A stretch of DNA of 64,000 nt from a phage, in assembly GCA_024672315.1 (NCBI GenBank), contig GCA_024672315.1_4714.1, one strand, 5' to 3'. This document shows positions 18,463-29,709 of this stretch, piece after piece. Under the pieces are notes generated by a model. The model searched no databases. It saw nothing but the letters and a program-made list of their open reading frames with translations, and was not told where the DNA came from. Numbering within the stretch: the stretch's first letter is position 1; the number at the start of each line of letters is the position of its first letter. A program made the translations under genes and the position numbers.

Positions 18463-19830
18463 CTAAACGGTTGGGCGAATGGTGTTGTCTTTTTCTGGTG
18501 CAAGCCATAACGTGACCGTACCATGGCATGTCCACTGTGGTTCACGTACAGAAGAACCTGCCATCGTAACAGCACAATCGGTACGCATGATAACCCCGTA
18601 TGCTTCGCAGAGATTGTTATCCTGCATCCACACGACTTTAGCAGGCATGCCGGGATACAACAAATCCATGTTTGCGTATTCCCACACCAACTGCATTGTT
18701 CTACCGCGTAATCCAGCAGTATTACTTAATTCACGCCATCGGTTATCGGTTACGCGTCCCATCCCTTTCGCCACCTTCACGTTATCGCTACGTTCTTCAG
18801 TTACGTACTCGCTAACGTTTACAGTACGGCTGATTATCGTATCGCCCCCTTTTGATAATGTCATTCCCTGACTCATCTGACTTGCCGAAACAAAACGCCC
18901 ACCCGCATTACCTAACAACGAAGCCGCGTTATTGATGTCGCTTACCGACGCCCCTCTCGTACATGCAATTTCCACGTATTTGTCACGGTTGATCCAAGTC
19001 TTGTCCATGCCCGGAAACATATCGGCAGGATAGTTGTAAAAGATAGCCGTGCGCCGACCGTCAGAGAAACGGGTTTCGTCGTAGAGAGGATAAATATACA
19101 GATACGGAGATTGATAATAACAACCGACGTCCGCCGAATAAATACCGACCTGGTTCTGGATTTTGTCTACGAGATCCATTGCGTTGGTGCCGTGCGGAAG
19201 AATAAGCAACTTGAACAGGTTGTCGTTATTCGGTGCAACAATGTCTACACCCTGCATTTTGAATCCGGTGTCGGCTTCAACCGCAGAAAGTATCTTGCTG
19301 AATTCGAGTCGTAACACATCCAGCACTTTCGACCCGGTATAGTTTTCACCGGTTTCTGATTGCATGAAGCTTTCAAGAACAGGATCGAACAGTTGAAATT
19401 GAAGATCGACCATTTGTTCGTAGTCTTTCTTCGAAGAATCGGTTGCGGTACGTTCGTCGTTAGCAGACATACGACTGTCCACGGTTGTTAAACAAACCGC
19501 CCGATAGACGTAAGCTTGCGCAGCATCGTCTACGGTTTGGCGTTGTCCGCGCATCAGGCTGTACGCCTGCACGATGATGCGCATTTTAAGTTGTTGTTGG
19601 TACGGTAAGATGTATTTTCCGTAACTGCCTGGCGGGAACTTTACAGAGATATAAAGTTCATCTCCTGCATTACGTTCATAGTCTCGATACGTGTGGACTT
19701 GAGTCACTAAAGGAACAGACACCGTCATTGACGGCGTGATTAATTCCGCGGTGACTTTATACGCAACAGCAACTGCTTCCTGCGCAAATGTACCGATGTA
19801 CCGTCCTAACGGCGTCTGTTTGTAATCCAT
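18463..19830 (-). CDS. hypothetical structural-module protein (455 aa)
   Basis: Long ORF; start 2 nt after upstream stop; part of tightly coupled minus-strand operon 17814-23679. Confidence 0.8.
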   Translation of the reverse strand: MDYKQTPLGRYIGTFAQEAVAVAYKVTAELITPSMTVSVPLVTQVHTYRDYERNAGDELYISVKFPPGSYGKYILPYQQQLKMRIIVQAYSLMRGQRQTVDDAAQAYVYRAVCLTTVDSRMSANDERTATDSSKKDYEQMVDLQFQLFDPVLESFMQSETGENYTGSKVLDVLRLEFSKILSAVEADTGFKMQGVDIVAPNNDNLFKLLILPHGTNAMDLVDKIQNQVGIYSADVGCYYQSPYLYIYPLYDETRFSDGRRTAIFYNYPADMFPGMDKTWINRDKYVEIACTRGASVSDINNAASLLGNAGGRFVSASQMSQGMTLSKGGDTIISRTVNVSEYVTEERSDNVKVAKGMGRVTDNRWRELSNTAGLRGRTMQLVWEYANMDLLYPGMPAKVVWMQDNNLCEAYGVIMRTDCAVTMAGSSVREPQWTCHGTVTLWLAPEKDNTIRPTV

Positions 19831-19832
19831 GT

Positions 19833-20438
19833 TTAACGACCCCGTTGCTGTTGTTGAATGATGAATTCTTCGATCTTCGTACCACGGAATTCGCTGTGAC
19901 GAACCGCTTGCAGTTGCTCTTCAACGGTCGGGCCTGCATTGAGACCACCACGACGTGCGCGGTTGATGCCGATTTTACGACGCTGACCGATTTCACGTAA
20001 ACGTGAAGATAATCCGCTCATTTCGGTTGGGTCTTTAATGCGACCGCGTGCAACGTTCCACAGACCACCCATGAACTCTTCGAGGATACGGCTGGCTTCG
20101 AGAGACGGTACGCGCGCGTTAGGATCGTTTTCGAGATTGTATTTAACGTATTCCGTGTGTTCCAGAAGAAGCATGAACATCTTCATGGCGTTCACGTCAG
20201 GATTTGCAATACGCATAGGGACACCACGAGAATGTTTTTCAGCAGCCTGCGGTACCGTGAGCTGTGCGGGCACCTCTTCGTTCATGGCCATATCGTCGAT
20301 TTCTGCAACCCCTGAAGAGTAGACACCGCTGACCTCATTGGTGTAGTTATCCACCATGAATTTACGGGGAATCCAGAATTCGAATTTACGTTCAAATAGA
20401 CGTTTGGTTGGGGTATCTTTAACGTGTTGTAGACTCAT
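19833..20438 (-). CDS. hypothetical protein (201 aa)
   Basis: ORF overlapping upstream gene by 4 nt (translational coupling). Confidence 0.7.
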   Translation of the reverse strand: MSLQHVKDTPTKRLFERKFEFWIPRKFMVDNYTNEVSGVYSSGVAEIDDMAMNEEVPAQLTVPQAAEKHSRGVPMRIANPDVNAMKMFMLLLEHTEYVKYNLENDPNARVPSLEASRILEEFMGGLWNVARGRIKDPTEMSGLSSRLREIGQRRKIGINRARRGGLNAGPTVEEQLQAVRHSEFRGTKIEEFIIQQQQRGR

Positions 20439-21751
20439 GGTTCAATAGCTCCTGCTCGTAACAGCATGATAACGAACGGTGTGAAATAATAACGATCTAG
20501 CGGAGAAAGCAACGGTATTGCGTCAACCATCTGTTTCAGTGCTGGATGGCTGATCGCTTTCTCATCGACCATATCACGTACCATACTCTCAATAATCGTC
20601 ATTGGGGCTTGATTGCGGTAGAAAGCCTCTGTGAAAACATAGTACGGATCGTCCGCTACTGATGGAAACAGCGGAACGCCGTCATACTCCATCGATGTAA
20701 GGTTGGTCACCAACGGGTTTGTCGGTGGTGTGTTTTCAGGCACAGCCAACTCTTTACCGACGTCTTCACCGAGCGACATGGTCGCAGGCCACATACAGAA
20801 CCGCGCCCCGCTAAAACGAATCCCGCCTGCAGCCGGGTATTGATAGAAACGCTTCGTTGATAACAGTGTGAATTTTACTGTCAACCGTGCTTCGTCTTCC
20901 CGACGTCCGTCCATGACCCATTCAAAGACAGAAATCGCATTCGCTTCCTGGTTGTCGTCTACGTTAAGGCGTCCGAAGTTCCATGATGGCTTTCCTTCAA
21001 GCGATGACCATAATTTCGTAAACGCGTTAACACACCAGGGATCGTAGGTTGCCGCATCCTGACCAGGAACAAGTAGTGTGTTTAATTCACGGCTGTAAAA
21101 TTCGTGGTAATACGCGTGACAAAGTCCCAGTGCACGACGGAGATAATCATACTTACGATTGTATTTCTCCGTTGCCATCACGGGATGTTTTCCGTGCTTT
21201 AACTGGTCTTGGTCGTATAGCGTATCTTCAACGATTTTCGCTTCCAGTTCGATAAGCTGTTTTTCGTCAAGAATACGTTGGAAGGAAATATCGCATTCGT
21301 AAGCCGGTGCTAAGCTGATGTTCTTCGGCGTGATTCGGGTGATTGTGTACACCGCGATACGATGATCGAGACCGGAGATTAACAGCATGTTACCTAAAAG
21401 AGGAACCGATACCGCCGGAAGTATACATGTACCCTCGGATTGAAAACGTGCGGTACCGTTGTCGTACGACGGTGTCAATGACGACATTAACTTGATAGGG
21501 TAATGTCTGATGCGACGGTACTGCTGTTCAGCGATGTCGCGGTTAGCCTGAAAACTGCTTTGTTCATCGTCGCGACCGAGAATCTGTTCGTAATAATCGC
21601 ATTCTACGGAATAACCGGATGCGTAATTCACTAACCCGATTTGACTATTGTATTGCTCATCCACCACCGCAGAACGATAAACATCGTCGCGAGCCTTCGC
21701 GGGTTGTTGGGGGTTGATGATGGGTTTCGCGGGCTTCTTAGCGAGCGCCAT
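20435..21751 (-). CDS. hypothetical protein (438 aa)
   Basis: Long ORF; AGGAG RBS 9 nt upstream of ATG at 21751. Confidence 0.8.
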   Translation of the reverse strand: MALAKKPAKPIINPQQPAKARDDVYRSAVVDEQYNSQIGLVNYASGYSVECDYYEQILGRDDEQSSFQANRDIAEQQYRRIRHYPIKLMSSLTPSYDNGTARFQSEGTCILPAVSVPLLGNMLLISGLDHRIAVYTITRITPKNISLAPAYECDISFQRILDEKQLIELEAKIVEDTLYDQDQLKHGKHPVMATEKYNRKYDYLRRALGLCHAYYHEFYSRELNTLLVPGQDAATYDPWCVNAFTKLWSSLEGKPSWNFGRLNVDDNQEANAISVFEWVMDGRREDEARLTVKFTLLSTKRFYQYPAAGGIRFSGARFCMWPATMSLGEDVGKELAVPENTPPTNPLVTNLTSMEYDGVPLFPSVADDPYYVFTEAFYRNQAPMTIIESMVRDMVDEKAISHPALKQMVDAIPLLSPLDRYYFTPFVIMLLRAGAIEP

Positions 21752-23303
21752 AGCGTTTCACTCCTACGATGGTACCGACAAGAATTCTCGGTACGAATAA
21801 ACTACGATGTTTGAACCATGATGCGGTTGTTGGGATACGTTTGATGGCTTCGATAAGCCCGATTAGCGTATAGCACCCCCGACTGTTCTTCTTAGGCCAG
21901 TACTTTTTATCTAAACCTAATACCGCAAACAGTTCATCCACCAGATTGGGATAACAACACAACGCTTCAAGTGTTTCAACCTGTAACTGACTTAAATCTA
22001 ACAGTATCGCTAGACGAACATGGTAATCACTCCGTAAGTCTAACGGATCTTTCGCTTCAAGATCGCCAACGTCGGTTAATGCCCACGCGTCTCTTGCGTA
22101 GCGGTATTTGCCCTTCCAAACCTCAAGGAAAAAAGGAGACTGGTAATGGCATTTTGACCATTCCGGGTACTCACGGAACCACCGAACAAGATCGGGATGG
22201 AATTCACCTTCTTCGGCTAACGAGTCCAACGTCACCAACAGGTTAGGTTGTTCGGGATCGATAGCAAGCAGCGCGGTGAAAAGCGTGCTTGATGGAAGCT
22301 CGGTTTCCACGCTCGATGGAGGCAGCCATTCATCCAAATCGGGATACCGATACGCTTGAAGCGATGCACCTTGTTCCGGCAAGAACGAATCACGAAGAAT
22401 GTCCTGATACTGCACCACCATACCACCACGACGCGCACGGGATTTATCGCGCACCGAGAGGCTTGGTTTGTAAAGGTACTCTTCGGGGAGTATCTGTTGA
22501 TGTACTTGAACAGGATACCGTGCTACGATGTGTGTTGGTGTGTCGTACGTGTAACGGTAAGAGAAGGTTGCGTTGTACGAAGAACTGTTCTCGTTCTTCT
22601 CTGGCTTCGGAGCGTCGGTGAAATCAAATTGACCAGAGATCTCTTCTTGCATTTCCCTGATAACCAATTTAACGCTCTTACCGTCACCAGCAACTGTCGT
22701 CATGGTGGTTGCACGGTTGTCGAACCCGTCTCTAAGGTATTCGCTGAACTTATCCCCGTAACCTGCTATTGCTTCTCGGTGTGTGTGAATAACTTTTAAC
22801 AACATGAGAAACTGTGTTGGGATCGCATAGCTGTATTCAGCGCTAAGAAAGGCAGCGACATGCTGACTTGTCAGCAAACGTTTCATGTCATACCACCAAC
22901 GTTCGGCAGTGACCTGATCTTCGAACCGTTTGGTGATCTGCATGGTCGCAACCATCGTACTGTAAACAGGTACTAACGATACGCCAAGGTTACGGTCTTC
23001 GAATACTGGAAGACTGTTTCGTTTGTAAACGGTATCGTACATAGAGGCCTGTTCTTCAGGGACAATGTTAAGCTCAATTTGGATAAACCCGTCAGCAGGC
23101 CCTTTTACATCCTGATCAACAACTTGCGGTGGTTGCTCGTTCACAGCGCTCATTTTAGCGTGAAGCGCTTCCCCTCGAAAAAGAATGTTCTCCCGATTAT
23201 AATCCCACCCGCAAAGCTCGCTGATCTGCCGTAACACCGCGATTGCAACCGGACGTGTTACCGTCGCGTATACGTCATTGATTTTTCGATCAAGTTTAGG
23301 CAT
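21738..23303 (-). CDS. hypothetical protein (about 521 aa)
   Basis: Start moved to ATG at 23303 (MPKLDRK...) with GAGGA RBS; ORF-track start 23336 lacks an RBS. Confidence 0.75.
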   Translation of the reverse strand: MPKLDRKINDVYATVTRPVAIAVLRQISELCGWDYNRENILFRGEALHAKMSAVNEQPPQVVDQDVKGPADGFIQIELNIVPEEQASMYDTVYKRNSLPVFEDRNLGVSLVPVYSTMVATMQITKRFEDQVTAERWWYDMKRLLTSQHVAAFLSAEYSYAIPTQFLMLLKVIHTHREAIAGYGDKFSEYLRDGFDNRATTMTTVAGDGKSVKLVIREMQEEISGQFDFTDAPKPEKNENSSSYNATFSYRYTYDTPTHIVARYPVQVHQQILPEEYLYKPSLSVRDKSRARRGGMVVQYQDILRDSFLPEQGASLQAYRYPDLDEWLPPSSVETELPSSTLFTALLAIDPEQPNLLVTLDSLAEEGEFHPDLVRWFREYPEWSKCHYQSPFFLEVWKGKYRYARDAWALTDVGDLEAKDPLDLRSDYHVRLAILLDLSQLQVETLEALCCYPNLVDELFAVLGLDKKYWPKKNSRGCYTLIGLIEAIKRIPTTASWFKHRSLFVPRILVGTIVGVKRYGAR

Positions 23304-23679
23304 CGATGTCGTCCTCGTTAATTTCCTCACCTCCATGTTGTCGATATCCGGTATAATGAATCAGACTGCTCTGTAGAAGCTCTTTAACGAGCCCTAGACG
23401 CGTTTTATCTGTTTCATTGGACGTTTCCATTAATGTTTCTATTTCGTTGTTTAAAACAGCGTATAGCGCTTCTAACGGCAATCCTTGGATGATTGGTTTG
23501 ATGGTACCTTCCGGTAGTGCCGCAACAGGAATCTGCACGACGGTTTCATGTGCGGTATGTGGGTTAATACGGCAAATATACATACCGGGTACTGAATGTC
23601 GCGGGCACGCCGCTACCAAGCATGTCTGTTGCTGCGCACCGTTAAGTGCGAGTGAAAGAAATTTTGCTTCACGTGTCAT
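23296..23679 (-). CDS. hypothetical protein (127 aa)
   Basis: ORF with AGGA RBS 8 nt upstream of ATG; first gene after hairpin 23731-23752. Confidence 0.6.
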   Translation of the reverse strand: MTREAKFLSLALNGAQQQTCLVAACPRHSVPGMYICRINPHTAHETVVQIPVAALPEGTIKPIIQGLPLEALYAVLNNEIETLMETSNETDKTRLGLVKELLQSSLIHYTGYRQHGGEEINEDDIDA

Positions 23680-23730
23680 CGCAGATTCCTGTTTGAAAGA
23701 TAAGATATCACATGATGGTCGACAGCATAA

Positions 23731-23752
23731 AGCCCACCCCGAAGGGCGGGCT
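23731..23752. terminator. GC-rich stem-loop, repeat-family member
   Basis: AGCCCACCC-CGAA-GGGCGGGCT; flanks GCATAAA / TTTATGC are themselves inverted repeats. Confidence 0.4.
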
Positions 23753-23767
23753 GTTTATGCGTACGGA

Positions 23768-26700
23768 TTACTTGTAGGCACCGCAATGGGCTTTGATGAG
23801 GAAAAGCACCGCTTGCATCGGTTTATTGAACTGTTGCCATAACGTCAATGCCGGATGGAACAACCAATCTTCCAGGCCGAGAACAATACCGTAGTTAACG
23901 ACATTATTAACGTCGTTCTCAACGTTGAGTTCGCTGTCCAGGAATTTATCGATTGAACGCAGGGTCTGCATGGCATTGTCAGCAATAAGCCAAGCTTCAT
24001 GCGCTTCACGAGCCGCACGCAGCACTGCTTCCAGTTCGCTGATAGTGGCTACCGGTAATTCCTCACTGGTAAGGTCGTCAGATACCGTAAACTGGCGATT
24101 GATACCGGTGTAGATCCACTGCATCAGTTTCGCTGCTTCCTCGTTCGGGTTGTTACGCGTTGTCGCATAAGTCGCGCTCACCTTCACGATGTGTGTTTCA
24201 CCAAGATACGCCTTGGAACCAACACCTTTACGATCGCTGTCTTTCCACGGTTGTACGGTAGCGACCATGAGCTTATCCCATTTCTGAATAGGAATACGCT
24301 TCAGACCAACAACCGATCCGGCGGATGTTTCGGACTGGTTGCTCTTCCGCACGTCGCTGAGTTCACGATCGATAGCAACGATTAATTCACGCGTCATGTT
24401 ACCAAGCATTTTGATTTCACCCAACGCAGCGATGAGCTTCTTCACATCGGTAACAGGTTCACCACCGATGGTAAGATGACGGATGAAACGTTTCAGAATA
24501 ATCCGTTCTGCTGCTGGGTTACCGCGACGCGCTTTAGCCAATGCTTGCTGTGTTTCGGCGAACAGCTTATCCCATGGAGCCGTAGCGGCGGTATAGTAAC
24601 GGTGGTTGGTTTCAATCCAGTTACCGATACGGTTGACCGCGTTCTTAACGGTATCCATGAATCCTTCCATCGCAATTTCGGTAGCTTCGACGTTACCCTG
24701 GAAGTTATCAGGACCGATCTCACGTGCCGCGACCAGAATACCTTCCACCGCGCTCACCGCGTGGCGACCGATAGCTAGATTTCGCTGCGCTTCCTCAGCA
24801 CGCTCAACGAATTCCACCACAGCTGGATCGTCAACGATTTCCGCCTCGGCAATAGCACGTGTACCTGCATCGCCTTCCAGTGTTTCGATGGTGACAACAG
24901 GATCGTTTTCACCAGCAACATCCTGGTATTCTTCCTGTTTGAGATCGCCGTTATCAGCCGATGCGACAGCGGTGAGTATACGAACGGTAACATCGCCGAG
25001 TTCTTTTGAGGCAAACCCGTAAACAACGCATGCTGTTTTTGCGAAGTTCATCAGCGTGCGTGTGCGTTTAACGATGTAGCCGACATCGTAATCATTACCG
25101 CTCTTATCGATGTCACGGATTAACTGTTCAGCCGTTTCTTGAAGGATAGATACTGACTTCAAGAGATCGTCTTCAAACAGTTTCTTCGACACCTCAACCA
25201 ACATATCAGCATTGATGTTGGGTGGGGTTTTGTCGCCCTGCTGTTTCATCTCGCTTAATTCATCGCGGAACTTATTGATTCCATCTAAAGCGGCACTGGC
25301 GGTATGTCCGAACGCAGCCACGCCTGGCATTGTTGTTGCTGTCAGCATGTCCGCATCAGCGTTTGGACTTTCGCCTTCTTTAAGATCCTTCAGCTGGTCG
25401 AAGAACTTACGAGATGCTTCAGCGATACGTTTGCTGTCTTTAACTGCATTTACGATCTTATCGACGGATTTAGCGTCGTTTGCAAGCAGCGTATCGAGTT
25501 TGTTCCATTCGACATCGACTTTCGCTGCATCCTTAGTATCGCTTGGTGGAGGAAGCAGTTTTGTCACCGGGGTCGTGCGTTGTTCTTTGGTCAGCTTGTT
25601 GGCCTTCTCTTCGATTTTTTTCTTATTAACACCAAAGAGATTTTTCAAACGCGCCACGAGGGCTTTTAAGAACTTCGCGACCGCTTCGTAAACCGATTTC
25701 AGAATCTGTTTAAAGCGACCTGGCTGCTTTTCCCCGTCTTCCAGATTGAGATCGCTGTTCAGTGCGACATCAAGCTGTTTGTACGATTCCATGATGTATT
25801 CGTCTTTGATTTCAGGACGAATCTCGAAGCTTTCCATCGGACCTTCAGCCGGACGGAATTCCATTTTCAGTTCGCCTTGCAGGGTAGGGTCGACAATGGC
25901 GATAGCTTCACCCTGACCATCAGCGTTAAAGCGTTCAGCGTAACGAGTACGACGAACAATAACACTCTTATCCCCATCAAGACGACGTACCACCATGGTG
26001 CCAGGAATGTACGGTTGTTCTGTTTCAATGACGGTTACATCTGCCTCACCTTCACCGAGAATAACCGATGCGCGCTGTTCAACAACCGGAACATCTAATA
26101 CGCCACGGGCTTCCAGCTCTTGATGAATTTCGAACGACTCTTGTTTCAGATCTTCATCTTCTTCGTTTTCGTCGTCTTCATCATCGTCACCTTCGGTGTT
26201 TTCATCACCCTTGGTGGTTGTGTCGTCGGTGGCACCAGCGTCAGCGTCGGTGTTAGCAGGTTCTTCGGACGCAGGTTCGGTGGTGCTGTCCTCGGTGGGT
26301 GTTTCGTCAGTGTTATCGACATCAACATCACCTTGCAGTTCTGTTTCCTGAGCAACTGCTTCGGCTTTCTGCTCACCGGTATTACCGTCATTAGCGTCGA
26401 CAACAGGTTGTTCGTCAGCGACGGTATCTTCAACCTTTTCTACTTTCTCCACGACACGTTTAATCACGGTGACTTTGATGGGTTCTTCCGTTGTTTTGGT
26501 TTCTGGCGTCACCTCGGCTGCCGCAGCCGCTGTTTCAGCAACAGGTTCTGCTTTTTCCGGTTCGACGACATTACCTTTAACGCCTTCGGTGGTTTCTGCA
26601 GGTTGCGCTGCCTGTTCGATTTGCGCTGGATTGGTTGGATCGATGGCGTTAGCCGCATCCTGAATCTTGTTCTTCAGGTTGTCGCGGTCAGCGTTAACGG

Positions 26701-27154
26701 TCGGGTCGTTGGTCACTTTCGGTGCCGGTGTTTCGGTCGGTGCGTTTGCCGGATACGGGTTCTTCGGCTCTTCACCAGGTGCGGTCGGCACCGCGATCAG
26801 AACGAACGGTTGAACATCGTTACCATCTTCCATGGTCACGCCACCATTGCTCGGTGTGAAACGAATTCGCAAACTACCATCAATAGGACGGGTCACAATA
26901 ACAGCACGTACGACATCTTCACCGTTCTCATCCGTGCTACGAATCACACGAACGGCGTCATCAACAGTAGCCCCTTCCTCGAGCGTATCTGATTCGATCG
27001 TCGCTTCGATGCTGTCTGGCCGTGCCGCTGTAGGTAATGCGATCACTTGCTCTTCTTTATCAGTAGAAAGCGTTGCTTTGACTTCGATAGGTGTATCGCC
27101 GCTTTCCAGGTTAAGATGCGACTTACGCATCAGATCAGCTAACGATTTTTTCAT
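23768..27154 (-). CDS. large acidic protein (1128 aa), putative internal head/ejection protein paralog
   Basis: Long ORF; extensive acidic low-complexity region (...DDTTTKGDENTEGDDDEDDENEEDEDL...); many AxE/SxE motifs; contains the family's amphipathic helix (FKQILKSVYEAVAKFLKALVARLKNLF). Confidence 0.8.
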   Translation of the reverse strand: MKKSLADLMRKSHLNLESGDTPIEVKATLSTDKEEQVIALPTAARPDSIEATIESDTLEEGATVDDAVRVIRSTDENGEDVVRAVIVTRPIDGSLRIRFTPSNGGVTMEDGNDVQPFVLIAVPTAPGEEPKNPYPANAPTETPAPKVTNDPTVNADRDNLKNKIQDAANAIDPTNPAQIEQAAQPAETTEGVKGNVVEPEKAEPVAETAAAAAEVTPETKTTEEPIKVTVIKRVVEKVEKVEDTVADEQPVVDANDGNTGEQKAEAVAQETELQGDVDVDNTDETPTEDSTTEPASEEPANTDADAGATDDTTTKGDENTEGDDDEDDENEEDEDLKQESFEIHQELEARGVLDVPVVEQRASVILGEGEADVTVIETEQPYIPGTMVVRRLDGDKSVIVRRTRYAERFNADGQGEAIAIVDPTLQGELKMEFRPAEGPMESFEIRPEIKDEYIMESYKQLDVALNSDLNLEDGEKQPGRFKQILKSVYEAVAKFLKALVARLKNLFGVNKKKIEEKANKLTKEQRTTPVTKLLPPPSDTKDAAKVDVEWNKLDTLLANDAKSVDKIVNAVKDSKRIAEASRKFFDQLKDLKEGESPNADADMLTATTMPGVAAFGHTASAALDGINKFRDELSEMKQQGDKTPPNINADMLVEVSKKLFEDDLLKSVSILQETAEQLIRDIDKSGNDYDVGYIVKRTRTLMNFAKTACVVYGFASKELGDVTVRILTAVASADNGDLKQEEYQDVAGENDPVVTIETLEGDAGTRAIAEAEIVDDPAVVEFVERAEEAQRNLAIGRHAVSAVEGILVAAREIGPDNFQGNVEATEIAMEGFMDTVKNAVNRIGNWIETNHRYYTAATAPWDKLFAETQQALAKARRGNPAAERIILKRFIRHLTIGGEPVTDVKKLIAALGEIKMLGNMTRELIVAIDRELSDVRKSNQSETSAGSVVGLKRIPIQKWDKLMVATVQPWKDSDRKGVGSKAYLGETHIVKVSATYATTRNNPNEEAAKLMQWIYTGINRQFTVSDDLTSEELPVATISELEAVLRAAREAHEAWLIADNAMQTLRSIDKFLDSELNVENDVNNVVNYGIVLGLEDWLFHPALTLWQQFNKPMQAVLFLIKAHCGAYK

Positions 27155-27169
27155 AAAGCGTTATTCCTC

Positions 27170-28276
27170 TTAAAAGTAATATTTCAGCGCCTCGCGAGAG
27201 ACATCAAGCATAGCCGCTGTTGAATTCGTAAAGAACTCGGCATAGCCCACAAGCGGCACCTTGATCCACGCGGTATACGCTGTAAGGTATCGAGAAAGGG
27301 CTACCATAGCATCATCAGAAGCAGTAGTAACTGACAACTGACCTTGTTGACGATAAACGTCGTTAAGTTTTGCTTGTAGATTCCCTGCGATTTCGAGTAA
27401 CTCGTTGGCGTACTTTTTACGATGGTAACTAACCAGTAAATCAACACCCTTATTCACAGACTCGAGTAGCACACCAACTTGTTCTAATGATGGCATTGTA
27501 ACCACCATATCCCGTTCAACGGACGGTACATCCTGGACTTCAAACCGTGCGGATTGAATAGCAAGGGATTGTTGAATTGGACCAGAACCTGAGGTGGTAA
27601 CCTGATCGAGTCGTAGCGTACGGTTGCCCAGTAACGTTACGTTGACAAGTCTCGATTCGTTCAGCGTACCGTAGACTTTATGCAGTAACGTATACGCGTC
27701 ACGGTTAATCACATCGATTAATGCGGTATCCGTCTGTTTTAAGATAATGTCGAGCGCTCTATCTAACGTATTAGCGAACTGCTTGAAATCATCACGGAAC
27801 GACGAAGACAAGAGATATTCAGCGATTGCCAAATTCTGTTTGTATAACGTATTCCCAGTTGTGAAGTCGAATCCAAAACTGTTCCCATACCGTAGGTGCG
27901 GTGCCAGCGTTGACGAAGCTTCGAAGCTTTGCGCGATGGGTTTACGACCAACGGCTTTTGTGTAGTGACGGCGGATGTTGCTGAGTTCGAGCTGTAGTGC
28001 GCGACTACGATCGATAAACCGTGCGATAAACGCAGTAATGTTCCGCAACGTTGTCCAGATTGCATCGATGATAGCTTTGATGATTTTCATCGCAAGCTGA
28101 TCGTACGATTCCATCGTGAGGAGATCAGCACTTTCTGTGGTATAACTGGTTGCTGGAATACCGCCTGCTTGCTGATAAATAAGCTGGTGAATTTTTCGTT
28201 GCGTTGCTGTCTCTGGCACAGGTAATGTTTTTAACAAGCTTAACGCTTGAATCTGTCCATCATAGGTCTGCAGCAT
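27170..28276 (-). CDS. putative internal head protein paralog (about 368 aa)
   Basis: Start moved to ATG at 28276 with GAGGA RBS; shares the family helix motif (AMKIIKAIIDAIWTTLRNITAFIARFI). Confidence 0.7.
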   Translation of the reverse strand: MLQTYDGQIQALSLLKTLPVPETATQRKIHQLIYQQAGGIPATSYTTESADLLTMESYDQLAMKIIKAIIDAIWTTLRNITAFIARFIDRSRALQLELSNIRRHYTKAVGRKPIAQSFEASSTLAPHLRYGNSFGFDFTTGNTLYKQNLAIAEYLLSSSFRDDFKQFANTLDRALDIILKQTDTALIDVINRDAYTLLHKVYGTLNESRLVNVTLLGNRTLRLDQVTTSGSGPIQQSLAIQSARFEVQDVPSVERDMVVTMPSLEQVGVLLESVNKGVDLLVSYHRKKYANELLEIAGNLQAKLNDVYRQQGQLSVTTASDDAMVALSRYLTAYTAWIKVPLVGYAEFFTNSTAAMLDVSREALKYYF

Positions 28277-29561
28277 TGCTGGTTTCCTCAAGTTCGAGAT
28301 GCGCGTCAAGATAATCATTAAGACCATCGATGACGTCGCAGACAGTTAACAGGAATCGGGCAAAAGCAACCGCCTGGAAGCCGACGACGTTACGCGCGAT
28401 ACCCACGCGTTGAACGATAGCGGATGCTGCGGTATCGCTGTTATCCATCTGTTGTAGCAAACGCTCGTAAGGTTGAATCCATTCGTCCTGGTCGGCAAGG
28501 CTTGCTTCAAGACAACGTTTAAATTCCAACTGTCGTAGCGTAGACCATAACGTACTTAATGCGTTGATGATCGCGTTGGTTCCGTCGATAACATCGTTTA
28601 ACGGCAAGAAACGGAATCCGTCTTTTGCTGATTGGAAAGATACGGCTTCCCACACAACGCTGAACTGCGTTCCTGTTGCGTCTTCGATGTTGTGTAATTT
28701 AAGATAGGAAGCACCAACAGGTACGTCAACGACCAGATCGTCTGTTCCGGTAGGCGTTAACGGCTTCTCGCATAACGCATCGTTGATGACCTCGAGAATA
28801 TTCTCCCAACAGGCTTCGTTTTCTGCAGCGATACCTTCTTTGTTATCCACTGATGGTGCTTTTAGTAGCTGCATTAATAACGGATCGAGTTGACGATGCC
28901 ATGCTGCGAGGATTCCTGTGTTCGTTACGATGTTTTCTGCGGTTTGTCGTAAATCAGCAATACTGCTTACCGCGCCGCCTTTCGGATGAAGATATCGCCA
29001 GTTGTAGGGAAAGTTCTCCCAGAATGCATTATCTTCATCGACGTCGTATTCGGAAATAGTTTTCAGCGCAGCCGCTTTCTTTAATAACGGCTTCACCTGA
29101 CGAACGAATCGACGATAACAACGATTGCAGATATCGATCGCGTAACGGTATAACTCGTTCATGTAAAGCCATAACGCACGGGTTGCTTCTTTTGCGGTCT
29201 TGTCAAAACTTTCCATGTTCAAGCTCATCCCGCTGGAAGTTTCCTCTTCCAGACCCTCGATGATTTGGTTTGGGTCCATTCCCATTCCGGCTGCTGCGGT
29301 TGTTGCGATATGTTTGATCGTGCTGATATCGCGTTCTTCAACTTCAGCCATGTTTGGGACAATATCCAGCCGGAGTTTATTTAATGTTTGAAGGTGTTGT
29401 TCACCTTCTTTCATCGCCACGTTTGTTTCGTCGATTGAGTGAAACTGATTCTCAATATTACTGGCATCGAGAATATTGCCAGCGATACCGAACGATTCTA
29501 CAGGTTCATCATCAATCCCTTGAAACAACGATGTCATGGGTTGTTGTAACACGTTTTCCAT
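28260..29561 (-). CDS. putative internal head protein paralog (433 aa)
   Basis: AGGAG RBS 6 nt upstream of ATG; acidic N-terminus; family helix motif (KEATRALWLYMNELYRYAIDICNRCYRRF). Confidence 0.75.
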   Translation of the reverse strand: MENVLQQPMTSLFQGIDDEPVESFGIAGNILDASNIENQFHSIDETNVAMKEGEQHLQTLNKLRLDIVPNMAEVEERDISTIKHIATTAAAGMGMDPNQIIEGLEEETSSGMSLNMESFDKTAKEATRALWLYMNELYRYAIDICNRCYRRFVRQVKPLLKKAAALKTISEYDVDEDNAFWENFPYNWRYLHPKGGAVSSIADLRQTAENIVTNTGILAAWHRQLDPLLMQLLKAPSVDNKEGIAAENEACWENILEVINDALCEKPLTPTGTDDLVVDVPVGASYLKLHNIEDATGTQFSVVWEAVSFQSAKDGFRFLPLNDVIDGTNAIINALSTLWSTLRQLEFKRCLEASLADQDEWIQPYERLLQQMDNSDTAASAIVQRVGIARNVVGFQAVAFARFLLTVCDVIDGLNDYLDAHLELEETSNAADL

Positions 29562-29667
29562 TTGGGACTCCTACGTAGGAAAATCTTGGCGGGTGATCAT
29601 GTCCGCCATTTACCTTCTGAACCGTTGATTCAGAAGTCAAAAGATAACCGGATACCAACGCCATAAA

Positions 29668-29699
29668 CCTTCCTCCAACCCAACAGGGAAGGAGGAAGG
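29668..29699. terminator. GC-rich stem-loop, repeat-family member
   Basis: CCTTCCTCCAACCC-AACA-GGGAAGGAGGAAGG between tandem minus-strand paralog genes. Confidence 0.4.
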
Positions 29700-29709
29700 G
29701 ATATAGTGG